Below, piece by piece: positions 40,113-53,073 of a DNA stretch of 64,000 nt (its first letter is position 1; every line of letters begins with the position of its first letter). The DNA lies in assembly GCA_964016885.1 (NCBI GenBank), contig OZ024747.1, positions 47,120,001 through 47,184,000 of the forward strand, given 5' to 3'. A model generated the notes under the pieces. That model had not been told where the DNA came from and did no database searches. It was given only the letters and a program-made list of their open reading frames with translations. The position numbers and the translations under genes are program-made. Origin of the DNA: Eledone cirrhosa. Lineage: Eukaryota.

Positions 40113-41209
40113 TGGGGGCTGTATATATGTATATATGCATGCACTATATGTTTATATACCAGGAGATTTAATTTGTGTTATTTCTCCTAGGAGAGAGAGA
40201 CAGACCGACACATAAATATGATATTTGTGCAGGTATAAATATAATCCCTTTAATTCGTTCTATGTATGCAGATACAACTGTACGTTGCTTCATTGAATGC
40301 TTTTGTAATTCTAATTAATTAATAACTGCTAAATAGATGGACAATGAAGAAATTTAAAATGACTAACATGGTTCTGATTACTTCGCTACAGCAACCCATA
40401 CCTCACCTCACATTGCATTTATTTGCTTTTCGTTTAAGCCGTAAGCACACCATGTTGTTTGTCTGTTGACAAATGCTAAATTCAAGTTTGTCCCTGGCAC
40501 AATAATACTCAATGCAATTGTGTAAATTTGCAGGGGTGCATTTTCAATACATTACCAGCAGATTTGAATAGATGTCCTCACGTGATTTGCCTAATATTAT
40601 ATTGTGCGTTATAGGTTTGATTGTATTTAGTTAGAGCTGGTTAGAGAATTGTCTTTAAGCATTTAACACGGAATATGATTATGGTAACGGATGGTAATGA
40701 CATCCGGTGTTGTTTGATAACGTGTCAAAATGTGTTCGTTCGTGAAAGGCATGACAGGGAGTGCTCTAAAGTTTCTGTTTTCAATAATTATCAAAACCGC
40801 GTATGGCATAACAACTTCATACAAACCCATTTGTATTTGGGTATTTAATGTAGTCATTCTTAGTTAATCTTAATAATAATCCTAATTCCAATCGTTATCA
40901 AACCACCTATCCCAAACAAACAGAGATATTTAAATATCAAAAGAATTATTTCATATTATTTTATATTAAATTGTTTCTAATGAGCTATATTGGTTATACT
41001 GCAGTTTCTAAATCACAACACATAGTGCACATACGCAGAAGAGAAGAATGATAATCTGTTCATGGAACCGTAAATAAGATATAGCAGATACGTAAAAGAA
41101 GGCACAAACATAATGAAAGTACTCAATGATAAAAGATATTTGTAAATAAACAAAATGCTCTAAACCATATATATGTAAATATATCAACTGGCCACACAAA
41201 ATCGAGTAT

Positions 41210-41362
41210 TTCGGAGTCTAAATCCCGCCGAGGTTAGCTTTGCCTTTCATCTTTACTGGGTCGATAAAATAAAGGACCAGGAATTCACTGAGATCGATTT
41301 AATCGACTTTCCTCTACCCCCACCAAAATTGTTGGCCTTTGCCCTATAGTAGAAATCCTTAT
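41210..41362 (+). mobile_element. SINE family A, 5'-truncated
   Basis: AAATCCCGCCGAGGTTAGCTTTGCCTTTCATC...GGGTCGATAAAATAAAG. Confidence 0.75.
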
Positions 41363-41946
41363 TTAGGAAACAAAAACTAAATATAAAACAGCGAAGATTT
41401 AAGGAGTGGGAATTCATTACTTGTAGAGGCTATGCTAAGTGCCTGGCAAGGAGTTTGTCAAGTTCAAGCTAACTGATGAACAGTGGCCATGGCAATATTG
41501 AATATGATCATAACAATTTGGCAAGGGCAGATTGTTACCTAAACGACAAAAAAACGCGTCAGAGGGTTTAGCTGTGCTCATTAGACCCCATCGTTTGTGA
41601 AATCGCTCAAAGCAGTTCAGTTAGAGCGTGTTGCAGATTTAAAAGAATTTATAAAAAAATAAGTCATAGATAAAATACTCTAAATCACATCAACTTAATA
41701 TATACATCGGTAGTACTAATAACTTAAAATTGCTAATTCATATCCCATAGTTCCTTATGAAAACAATCACATTAAACCGGCCTAATTATTTCTGGTGATT
41801 CTGTGAACGTCTCTTTAAACTTACGAAGGTCATTGAAAGTGAACTGAAATGGAATCATGATAAGCTGGTCGCATATCTAATAGAAAACACACTCAGGTAT
41901 ATATATATATATGTGTATGTGTGTGTGTGCATGTGTGTATGTGTGT

Positions 41947-41993
<47 letters not shown>

Positions 41994-42124
41994 AGTGTGT
42001 GTGTGTATGCGTGTGTGTGTATGCGTGTGTCTGTATTTCCCTCCCATTCCCTCTATCTCTCTCTATATATACACATAAAACATACGTACACGCATATATA
42101 TATATGTGTGTGTGCCTGTGTTTT

Positions 42125-42166
<42 letters not shown>

Positions 42167-42739
42167 CACACATATATGTCTCTATCTCTGTGTAATACGT
42201 TACAGCGTTAGTTAGGATATTTCGTGGTATTTGTGCAGCCTAATTGCAACATAGATCAAATTTCATTGAGAGAAACTCTGACTTTCTTCTTTTAGGGTTT
42301 ATAATTTAAGGTACCAATCCATAGCGGTGTGTTGGCGGAACTAATAATTCCTCGAACAAGATATCTGGCATTTATGCGATAATCACTACGATATATATCA
42401 CATCCTCTCTTACTTTATTTTATGTCAAAAATATATAGGTTTTCCGCATGTGTAGATGGGCTGATAAACCCCATTTGCATTCGCCTTTTTCAAATTCCAG
42501 CACAAAGCATGGGGAGTACTGTCAAGAAGACAGCCAGAACCGGAAATGCATTGGCAGTTGTCCCTCCGCTACTTCTTTCATTGTTTCAAGCATAACGTAT
42601 CTAAGCGTCTATTTTTCAATAGTGATGAGTCTTGTTACTCTGAAGTTTCAGCTGTGTACACACAATCAAAATATGATGATCCTGTGAGTACACATGTGAA
42701 ATACTAAAGTAATAAGACTCATCACTAGCAATAATAAAG

Positions 42740-42847
<108 letters not shown>

Positions 42848-42849
42848 TT

Positions 42850-42880
<31 letters not shown>

Positions 42881-43068
42881 AGTGGTAAAATTCCGGGATG
42901 TTATATCCAGTGTTGAGTTAGTTTCACAACAAATTACCAAGCCATATTTGAGGACACGCGAAAAATTCTTCAACTATATATATATATATATATGCTTCCG
43001 TTAGATTCTATACAAGATTAAATCGCCCTTTGATTTATGCTGGTTTCACATACACACACACACGTATG

Positions 43069-43310
<242 letters not shown>

Positions 43311-43388
43311 AATATATATATATGTATAAGTATACATGTATGTACACGTATATATGTGTGCGAATGTATATATTCATATTCACACACC

Positions 43389-43431
<43 letters not shown>

Positions 43432-43482
43432 ATGCATGTATATATATGAATGTATATATATATATATGTATATATATATATG

Positions 43483-43514
<32 letters not shown>

Positions 43515-44154
43515 TATGTGTGTGTTTGTGTGTCTCTGTCTGTGTATGTGTGTGTGTAAACACGCATATATACATTGGCACAAATTCACACGCATGTATG
43601 TCTGTATGTATGTGTGTAAGTATGTAAGTCTGTATTATGTATGTATATGTGTGTGTGTATATATGTACATATACGCCTATGCATACAGTTGTGTATGTAT
43701 CTGTATTTGTACCGTCAGATATTCTAGAAGTAGCTTATCGTGATTCCGTTTCAGTAAACTACCAGTGACCTTCTTAACTTTAAAGAGATCTTCATATAAA
43801 TAATTACGCCGACCTAACATTATTGTTTTCGCAAGGAATTGAAATGGACCTTCGTCGGTTGTTACTATGCATGTTCCAGTAGTTATTTCAATGAAACTGC
43901 CTGCTTATGTGGCCGAACGTCCTACAGTCATTTGTAGCCTTTACGTATTCTAGTGAAAAGTTACAAACAAAATATTCGTAATTGACTTATCAATCCACAC
44001 AGATGACACAAACTTTCATCTAATTATAAAGATTTGTTGATAGAAATAACCCGAACGTGCTTGTTAAAAATAGAAACAATCCTTATAATAATAGGTGCTG
44101 TGGTAATGATAAAAATTACACACGCACATATAAACCCAAACCCTAATATTTTAT

Positions 44155-44345
44155 AATTGTTTCTACCTTTGGCACAAGGCCAGCAATTATCCATTGCATT
44201 ACTGGTACTTTATTTTATCGACCCCGTAAGGATGAAAGGCAAAGATAACCTAGGCGGGATTTGAACTCAGAATGGCAAGGGCCGTAACTCTATGCATCAA
44301 AGCATGGCGTCCGACCCTCTACCGATACTGCCAATCCACCGCCCT
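44155..44345 (-). mobile_element. SINE family A
   Basis: Full-length reverse-complement match. Confidence 0.9.
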
Positions 44346-44589
44346 TTTATTACCCTAGTATTTAAGAATATACACAGTATACGGTAAAGAACACTACTAG
44401 GCACTACAGCCATTACAAGGCATATATTTAATCCAATAGAAACAATGGCAAAACAAATCTGCAGATACCCAAGTCACACGGAAATTCAGAAAATATCATT
44501 GACTAGCATAACACATACACTGCAAAAAGCCTTGTCAATATAAATGTGAATTACATTACCTGAAGATTACCCACTTCATCTACATTAGA

Positions 44590-44912
44590 TAGATTGCGTA
44601 ACCCGGAGATCAGAGAGTCACTCCAGTTAGAGCCGCTACTTCTCCGAATTCAGAGAATACACCTCCGATACTATAGGCATGTGGTTAGAATGTCTCAGGA
44701 AAGAATTGCTGAAAAAAATGTTACCGGCAAAACCAACAATCAAGAGACCTGGGGCTAGACCACGACCAAGATGGATGGATAACATCCATGTGTTTGGCTG
44801 GTCTCACTTTGAGATCCAGTCGGATCAGCTGGAGACAGTTGCTTCTGACAGGACCCTCTGGAAGGCATGTTGAGGACTCTCCCCCACGAACCTCTAAGGA
44901 ATAAGAAGAAGA
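44590..44912 (+). mobile_element. RTE-clade LINE 3' fragment with (GAA)n tail
   Basis: RNPEIRESLQLEPLLLRI...LRYYRHVVRM; KRPGARPRPRWMDNI...DRTLW. Confidence 0.75.
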
Positions 44913-45156
44913 AAGCAGAAGTGTATATCGTATGTGTGTTTGCGTTTGTTTATTATACATTCCATCTTTGATATTGTAAATATCGAACGTAAAGTTCTAG
45001 ACACAGATTAAATGTGATATAGCTGTATTGACAACAGTGAATTTCTCGAATTTCCCCATCATTTCACTGCTCCTATGATATATTTTTTCTTTTGCTTTTG
45101 CTTCTGTCTCCTCTCTGTTTCTCCCGCTCTCGCTACACACACGCACACACTCACAC

Positions 45157-45191
<35 letters not shown>

Positions 45192-45228
45192 ACTCTCTAT
45201 CTTCTATCTCTCTTCCCCTCACACACAT

Positions 45229-45286
<58 letters not shown>

Positions 45287-45767
45287 TATATATATGTATG
45301 TCTATATGTACACACACCACTCTCTCTATCTGTCTGTCTCTCTCTCTCCCTCATACACACGCACTCTCATACACAATCACTCGTCGCTTCCTCTCACTCC
45401 TTCACTGTGTTTCTTTTCCTCCCTATCTCACTTCAATTTAAACAAACTGATAGACACTAATCAATAGTTCGATCAGTAATGATTGAGAAAAAATTCGTAA
45501 CATACCATAGCGGCAATATAATAGAATCGGACAATTTTGCAGACTTCAAATGATTCTTTAGTAAAACACAGTTTGGAAAACTTGTGTTATTTACCTACTT
45601 ATATATTTATTTATTTACTTATTGTTTGATTTTTCATTTAGTAGTTGCTCTGAGCCGTGGGGATGGGCGTATTTTTGTCCTTTCTGTTTTCAGTTTTATT
45701 TTCGTTTAATATATTTTACCTTTGATTTTGTAATACTATTCAATATTATACATTATTATTATTATTA

Positions 45768-46268
45768 TCGGTGGATTGGCAGTATCGGTAGAGTGTCGGA
45801 CGCCATGCTTTGCAGCATAGAGTTACGGCAATTGCCATTCTGAGTTTAAATCCCGTCGAGGTTAACTTTGCTCTTCATCCTTACGGGGTCGATAAAATAA
45901 AGTACCAGTAATGCGCTGGATAATTGCTGGCCTTGTGCCAAAAAGTAGAAACAATTATTATTATTTCGGACGCCAATATTTGCAGCATGGAGTTACGGCC
46001 CTTTACGATCTGAGTTCAAATCCCGCCGAGGTTAACTTTGCAGGGTCGATAAAATAAAGTACCAGTAATACACGGGGTATTTGCTGGCCTTGTGCCAAAA
46101 AGAGAAACAATTATTATTATTATTTCGGACGCCATGTTTTGCAGCATAGAGTTACGGCCCTTTACGATCTGAGTTCAAATTCCGCCGAGGTTAACTTTGC
46201 GTGGTCGATAAAATAAAGTACCAGTAATGCGCTGGATTAATTTTGTGCCAAAAGTAGAAACAATTCTT
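45768..46268 (+). mobile_element. Tandem trimer of SINE family A
   Basis: One full copy plus two copies starting at TTCGGACGCCA that share the same internal deletion. Confidence 0.85.
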
Positions 46269-46494
46269 ATTGTTATTTCCGACAGCTTCCTCAAACCTGT
46301 CTGGCAATCAAAATCCGGCGTTTACTTATTTACCATCATTGTTGGTAGCTTAAACCCACTGTTGCAACGGGTGAGAGGTAAACTGTTGAAGACGACCTGA
46401 ATGTTTTAAGGTTCATCGTAAATAAAAAGATTAAGATCACATATATATATAGAGAGAGAAAGATAGAAAGGGAGAGAGAGGAAATAAGAAAAAA

Positions 46495-46650
46495 AATCGA
46501 CCCAAGCACTAGACTGGTACTTTTTTTTATCGACCTCGAAAGGATGAAAGGCAAAGTTGACCTCGGCGGGATTTGAACTCACAGAGTCGAAACGAATACC
46601 ATAAAGCATTCTATCCGACGTGCTAACGACTCTGCCAATTTGCTGCTTTG
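46495..46650 (-). mobile_element. SINE family A variant
   Basis: CTGGTAC...TATCGACCTCGAAAGGATGAAAGGCAAAGTTGACCTCGGCGGGATTTGAACTC. Confidence 0.8.
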
Positions 46651-46890
46651 ATATATATATATATATGTGTGATAGATTTATGACCCTGACTCTTCATATG
46701 GGGAACAAAACTCTAGTGAGTGAACATCGTTAGTTTTTCCTCCCTCATATCAAAGATTTGAAGACATTTCATTATTCACCTGATGAGATCAGTGATAATC
46801 GATCGTGACCACAGCGTGGAGAACTTAATATTGCTAACAAAAGTTTATTGGACCGTATGACACAACCAATAATACACCTTACTATATAAA

Positions 46891-46924
<34 letters not shown>

Positions 46925-46937
46925 TTAATATAGATGA

Positions 46938-46986
46938 GATTCTACAGGACTAGAACTGTTTCATTCTTTAGAAATCATCAGGGATC
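46938..46986 (-). ncRNA. Type I hammerhead ribozyme with full stem III
   Basis: Minus strand gatcc-CTGATGA-tttct aa agaat-GAAA-cag ttctagtc ctg-TA-gaatc; GUA triplet; adjacent to (TA)n. Confidence 0.75.
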
Positions 46987-47146
46987 TGGGTATCAAAAAA
47001 TAAGTATGGTATTTATACAAGTGGTAGGAGAGGGTGGGGAGTGGGATGGGTGTAGGTCATTGGTTGATAGAAAAGGGAATTCATTAAAAGCTAATTCTAC
47101 AAAGCTATAGTTTATTTTTATTTTTATTATATATATATATATATAT

Positions 47147-49396
47147 ATAATATAAGATCAAAAGATGGTTAAAGGAGTTCCATATATTTTATTATGCGCA
47201 TTTCAAAAACAAACATCATCAAGCAATAATATTTGTGTTTTCATCAGATAAAACAGGAGAACATGATATGAAGGCTAAAAAACACTTGTTGATAGTGCAG
47301 TTTTAAATCAACATATGAAAAGTGGTTTTAGATTGATGTGTGATATTGGGAAAAATATTTTATTTAGAGAGGGGGGGTGGGAAAAGGATGAGAAGGGAAG
47401 GAGATGAGAGGGAGAGATGGGTGATAGAGAGAAAGAGATAGTTTTTATAACTGAGAGGAGATATATTTTTTATATAGAGGGGTTGAAAACCGTTGGAAGA
47501 TACTGTATAAATTAAAAATTTTGAAAATTAACGAAGGGGGGATATGTGCGAGGAAAAAATATTTTATTTAGGGAGGGGGGGGGGGGGAAGGATGAAAAAA
47601 AGGGGGAGGAGATGAGAGTGAAGGTGGAGAGGGAGAGATGGGTGATAGAGAGAAAGAGATAGTTTTTATAACTGAGAAAAAGATATATTGTTTTAATATA
47701 GAGAGGTTGGGAACCGTTGGAAGATAATGTATAAATTAAAGGAATTTAAAAATTAACGAAGGGAAAAACTTAATTTATGAATGTAAAATTATAACTAGCA
47801 CCAATTCCTTCACCTATTTTGGCTCCACTTCCACCTCTTTTAAAGCTCGTCTCTATAATCATCATTCATCTTTCAAATACAAACTTAAAAGAACTAACAC
47901 TGCTCTCTCAGAACTCATATGGTCCTTAAAAGACAAAAACATTAAATATAGCATCTTTTGGAAAAAGATTTCTTCTGTATCCTCATACTTGAACAGCTCT
48001 CTATCTAAAGTCTGTAATCTCTGCCTAAATGAAAAATTTACCATTATCTCTAACCTAGAATCCATAATAAATAGACGCTCAGATTTGTTTTCTATCTGCC
48101 TGCATAAATTCCATAGAACTTTTCACAAAGTATACAGTTAATATTCAATTCTTTATCAATTTAGAATCTTTTCTCAAAGGCACATATACATACACCTCTT
48201 TAAAATATACCCATCTACCTTACTTTAAAGGGCATTATACACTCTATAATACTCGTTTACTCATTACCCTCATTCTATCTTCTCGTAAAACAATAACATT
48301 TGTTTTTGACATTTTGAATATTCATCCGCAATCATTATTATTTTCGGGGTCGATAAAATAAAGTACCAGTAATGCACTGGGTAATTGCTGGCCTTGTGCC
48401 TAAAGTAGAAACAATTATTATTTTTTCTCTCTATCATAAATCTTTTTAATCTCAATTTCATCCTTAATTTATTATTATTTTTTTCTCCCCATCAACGAAC
48501 TCATTATTAATACATATGAATTCAATATACAAACTTTAACTTCACATTATTTTTCTCAAATCCTTCTACAACATAAACCTTAACATTTCTCTCTTTGCTA
48601 ATTTTGAAATTGCCACAATACATACATTTCTTCTTTTGACGTTAGAATATTCACCCACAATTATTATTTTTTTCTCTCTATCTTCATACATAATTTCTCT
48701 TCGTTAATTTTTAAATTCCTTTAATTTATACATTATCTTCCAACGGTTCCCAACCTCTCTATATTAAAACAATATATCTTTTTCTCAGTTATAAAAACTA
48801 TCTCTTTCTCTCTATCACCCATCTCTCCCTCTCCACCTTCACTCTCATCTCCTCCCCCTTTTTTTCATCCTTTCCACCCCCCCCCCCTCCCTAAATAAAA
48901 TATTTTTTCCTCGCACATATCCCCCCTTCGTTAATTTTCAAAATTTTTAATTTATACAGTATCTTCCAACGGTTTTCAACCCCTCTATATAAAAAATATA
49001 TCTCCTCTCAGTTATAAAAACTATCTCTTTCTCTCTATCACCCATCTCTCCCTCTCATCTCCTTCCCTTCTCATCCTTTCCCCCCCCCCTCTCTAAATAA
49101 AATATTTTTCCCAATATCACACATCAATCTAAAACCACTTTTCATATGTTGATTTAAAACTGCACTATCAACAAGTGTTTTTTAGCCTTCATATCATGTT
49201 CTCCTGTTTTATCTGATGAAAACACAAATATTATTGCTTGATGATGTTTGTTTTTGAAATGCGCATAATAAAATATATGGAACTCCTTTAACCATCTTTT
49301 GATCTTATATTATGCATACTCCAGTCCCACAAATTGTAGAGTGCTTCTTATCCGATATCTGCATTGCTTTATTGTACTACAATAAAACTCACCTCC

Positions 49397-49398
<2 letters not shown>
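47147..49398 (+). mobile_element. 5'-truncated Penelope-like element with about 615-bp inverted arms
   Basis: 47147-47761 is mirrored at 48699-49313; GIY-YIG C-terminus inside; HHRs at 47185-47255 (-) and 49205-49275 (+); (TA)n on both sides; SINE fragment at 48345-48420. Confidence 0.9.
47767..48141 (+). pseudogene. PLE GIY-YIG endonuclease domain (no start codon, absent from the ORF track)
   Basis: Manual translation NLIYECKII...TYFGSTSTSFKARLYNHHSSF...TALSELIWSLK...IFWKKI...CNLCLNEK...NRRSDLFSICLHK; collinear with the domain at 7570-7930. Confidence 0.85.
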
Positions 49399-49449
<51 letters not shown>

Positions 49450-50772
49450 CAACCAAGTGGCGATTGTTAACTACATTGTAGTATGTATGGGGCAGCAAAA
49501 TGGATATGTACTGTAATGGAAGCACGTGGTTCGGTACTGGACCTCATAGCTACACAACCCCTGAAATATTACTGGTATTGTTTATATTGTAATCACTCTC
49601 TGTTTTGATATTGTGTTTTTCTGCTTTCGATGTTTCTACCATTGTTATTGGTGTATCTCTCGTGCAGCGATATTTCTACTCTAATATTTTTATGACGTGC
49701 TGATAGTGTCTTTTTTTTTTCTACTTTATTTTGTATTTTCTCCAATAAAAAAAAGTTTAGTCTCCAAGAAAATTGCCAAAATAAATGTCTCTCTTTGTTA
49801 ATATTCTGTGTAACTTACAACAGATAAATTTATAAATACAATTTAATAGAAAAAGAAATAAATATTTAGATTGAGAAGAAAGAATGGAATGTAAAATAAT
49901 GCTGTTGACGTTGTTGACGTTGTAGATCTTCGATGACTCCAAGCTTAATACACTACACTCACCTTCTTTCAGGTTCTACTTTTCTATTCTTCTTTCTAAT
50001 ATTTCTTTGTTTGTTGATACTAATTTATTATTATTTTCCTTTCACCTCCTGAGACCCTAAGATCACCTCCAGATTCTTGGGATACTTTTATAATCATTTC
50101 TCAATACATGTATACAACCATTATAATAAAACATCTTTTTATGAAATATTTTGTTTGTTTGTTTGTTGTTCTATTTGAATATTTGCAACGATACACGGCG
50201 TGCAAATCAATGAACGTAGCAGACAATACAAAACGGAAATGTTTGTGGAAATTCAGAGAGCAGTGAGAAACGAAAAGTTAATTAAACGAACTGTGTTATT
50301 GTTCAATGAAATATTTCACTAATTAAAACTGGTGGGGGACGGGGTGAGAGACGAAATGGCATTTTTATCGAAATAACTGTAAAAGAAAACGATAACTGGA
50401 AGAAGAAGAAGAAGAAGAAGAAGAAGAAATCTATTTCATCGAGATTTAATATGAGTCGAGTAGGTGGATAAATATCACGTGTAGAAGGGTCTCCGATTTG
50501 TCCTATTTCGCTGAACGGGTGTAAGTCTATAGATATGTGTGGAGGTAACCAACATGTCCTGCCATCTGGCTTTGTTCTCAGGCTCGAAATCCTGACTGAC
50601 ATCTCGTATGCCTGGCAGCGGTAGATGGCAACCACATTGTCCCATACATGAAATTGTTTTTTGGGTTTTTTTATGGCACACTAAACGCCCCCCCCCCCCG
50701 CGTTTTAAATAGACAAGGCTATTACACCTTTCTTTTTGCCCGTTTTTGACATAAATTCACCAAGCAAGGAGT

Positions 50773-50932
50773 TACCGTCTTTCCCGGCGCCGAAGACGCA
50801 TCGTCCTCGAGGACGCACCCTAATTTTGACAACCAAAAATTTGAAAATAATTTTGGTTGTAGGACGCATGGCAGATTTTTTTTGACTTATTTTAGGAAAA
50901 AGGTAGCGTCTTCCACGCCTAGAAATATGGTA
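50773..50932. mobile_element. TACCGT...TATGGTA MITE (Tc1/mariner-pogo-like)
   Basis: Terminal repeats TACCGTCTTTCCCGGCGCCGAAGACGC / GCGTCTTCCACGCCTAGAAATATGGTA. Confidence 0.65.
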
Positions 50933-51777
50933 CTTTTGTGACACAACCTCCGTTACTTGATGAATACATTTCAAAATTGCTTCACTAGCTAATAATGTCA
51001 TTCATAATAGTTTGATAAAGTGTATGATTGTTGCTACTGTTGATGCTGTGCCAAATTCAGTGCCAGTCAATCCACTGCCATTTTCCATAGAAATATCAAG
51101 GAATTATTTTTATCAAAAGTACTGGAACAGGGAGCGGAAGATATCCAAAGCGGAGACTTAGCCACAATACTTGTAATAAATTGGACTTCATTGAAACCAG
51201 CCGCCCAATAGCCAGGTGTTATATCAGGTGATCAATTAAGACTTCTACCCCTGTAAGCCACAGCAGGATTTGAACTCAGAACGCATGGAGGCGAAATAAA
51301 TAAAGGAAATAATTTCGTCCGACGCTTTAACTTTCTTCCGAATTCGGCACTGATGTGAACTCCATAGAAAGAAGGTAATTAAATCCCAGAAGGTAATTTA
51401 GCTGACATTTCCACGAAATCTTCCAATCCATTCTACAGACATAAACAACAGACTAATGGAAGTAGTGACGATAATACCTGAACAAATGTAAGTTAAATAA
51501 AATAGAAATAATGAAATGAACAGTCCAATAAAAGGGCAAAACAAAATAGAACAATTTAACAAAAAATAATAATAAAGTAATAATGAAAATAACTAATAAA
51601 CAAACAGTTAAAGAAAGAATTGATCGAAGAGGCACTAAAAGCGCTTGTTTGAATTATAAGATAGTCGATTTTTGAAACAGACGATAAAAGAATGCCAGAA
51701 AACTTCAAAATAATTACATTTTACTCCAAAAATAAATAAAGTCCAATAGTGAATAGTTCAGGACGAAATGATAATAA

Positions 51778-51950
51778 TAATTGTTTCTACTTTTGGCACA
51801 AGGCCAGCAATTAACAAGTGCATTACTGGTACTTTATTTTATCGACCCCGTAAGGATAAAAAGCAAAGTTAACCTCGGCGGGATTTGAACTCAGATAGTA
51901 AAGGCCCGTAGCTCCATGCTGCAAAGCATGGTGTCCAACCCTCTAACGAT
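51778..51950 (-). mobile_element. SINE family A, cut off by the adjacent Tx1 fragment
   Basis: Reverse-complement consensus match. Confidence 0.85.
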
Positions 51951-52258
51951 ATCACAAGGGCCTACATATAGAGGACAATACAAAAACACAAAAACAGTGG
52001 GGGAGGGGGGCGATTACAAACAAATCGAATAAAAACAAATTAACAAAAATAATTAACAATAATAATATAACAAAATACATTTCCCAATAGAGGGTGGGGA
52101 TAACGACCCAGGGGTGACTCAGATACCCCACCAATCCTGAACAACCCGAAGCTTCTAGACCCATTCACACGGGCCATTCTCGCCACATTCACCCACACGT
52201 TATCAACTGTACTGGGGGCCAGAACTTCCCTCTCCACGCTCACCTTCCTTTCAAAGTG
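51950..52258 (-). mobile_element. Tx1-like LINE 3' end
   Basis: HFERKVSVEREVL...[12 protein letters not shown], homologous to 60593-60988; 5' truncation point next to (GAA)n. Confidence 0.8.
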
Positions 52259-53073
52259 AGAAGAAGAAGAAGAAGAAGAAGAAGAAGAAGAAGAAGAAGA
52301 AGAAATGTGATCCGACAATTACCTTTTCATATGACTCTAGGGAAAAAAAACTAGACCGGTTTGCTTGAAGGCGAATATATGACATACATACATATATATA
52401 TATATATACAAACATACGTACATACATACATACACACACATACATACATATATACATTACACACACATACATATATACATACACACACTCACGCACTTAC
52501 ATATATATATATACATACATACATACATGCATACATACATACATACATACATACATACATACATACATACGTACGTACGTACATACATACATGCATACAT
52601 ACATATATACATACATACATACATACATACGTAAGTACATACATGCATACATACATATATACATGCATGCATACATACATACATGCATACATACATATAT
52701 ACATGCATGCATACATACATACATACATACATACATACATACATACATACATACATACATACATACATACATACATACGTACGTACGTACATACATGCAT
52801 ACATACATATATACATGCATGCATACATACATACATACATACATACATACATACATACATACATACGTACGTACGTACATACATGCATACATACATATAT
52901 ACATGCATGCATACATACATACATACATACATACATACATACATACATACATACATACATACATACATACATACATACATACATACATACATACATACAT
53001 ACGTACGTACATACATGCATACATACATATATACATGCATGCATACATACATACATACATACATACATACATA

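Noticed and set aside
52591-53073. His/Thr/Tyr/Ile-repeat N-terminus of the 716-aa ORF as a novel RT fusion
   Set aside because: Chance read-through of the TACA satellite into a 5'-truncated R4 element
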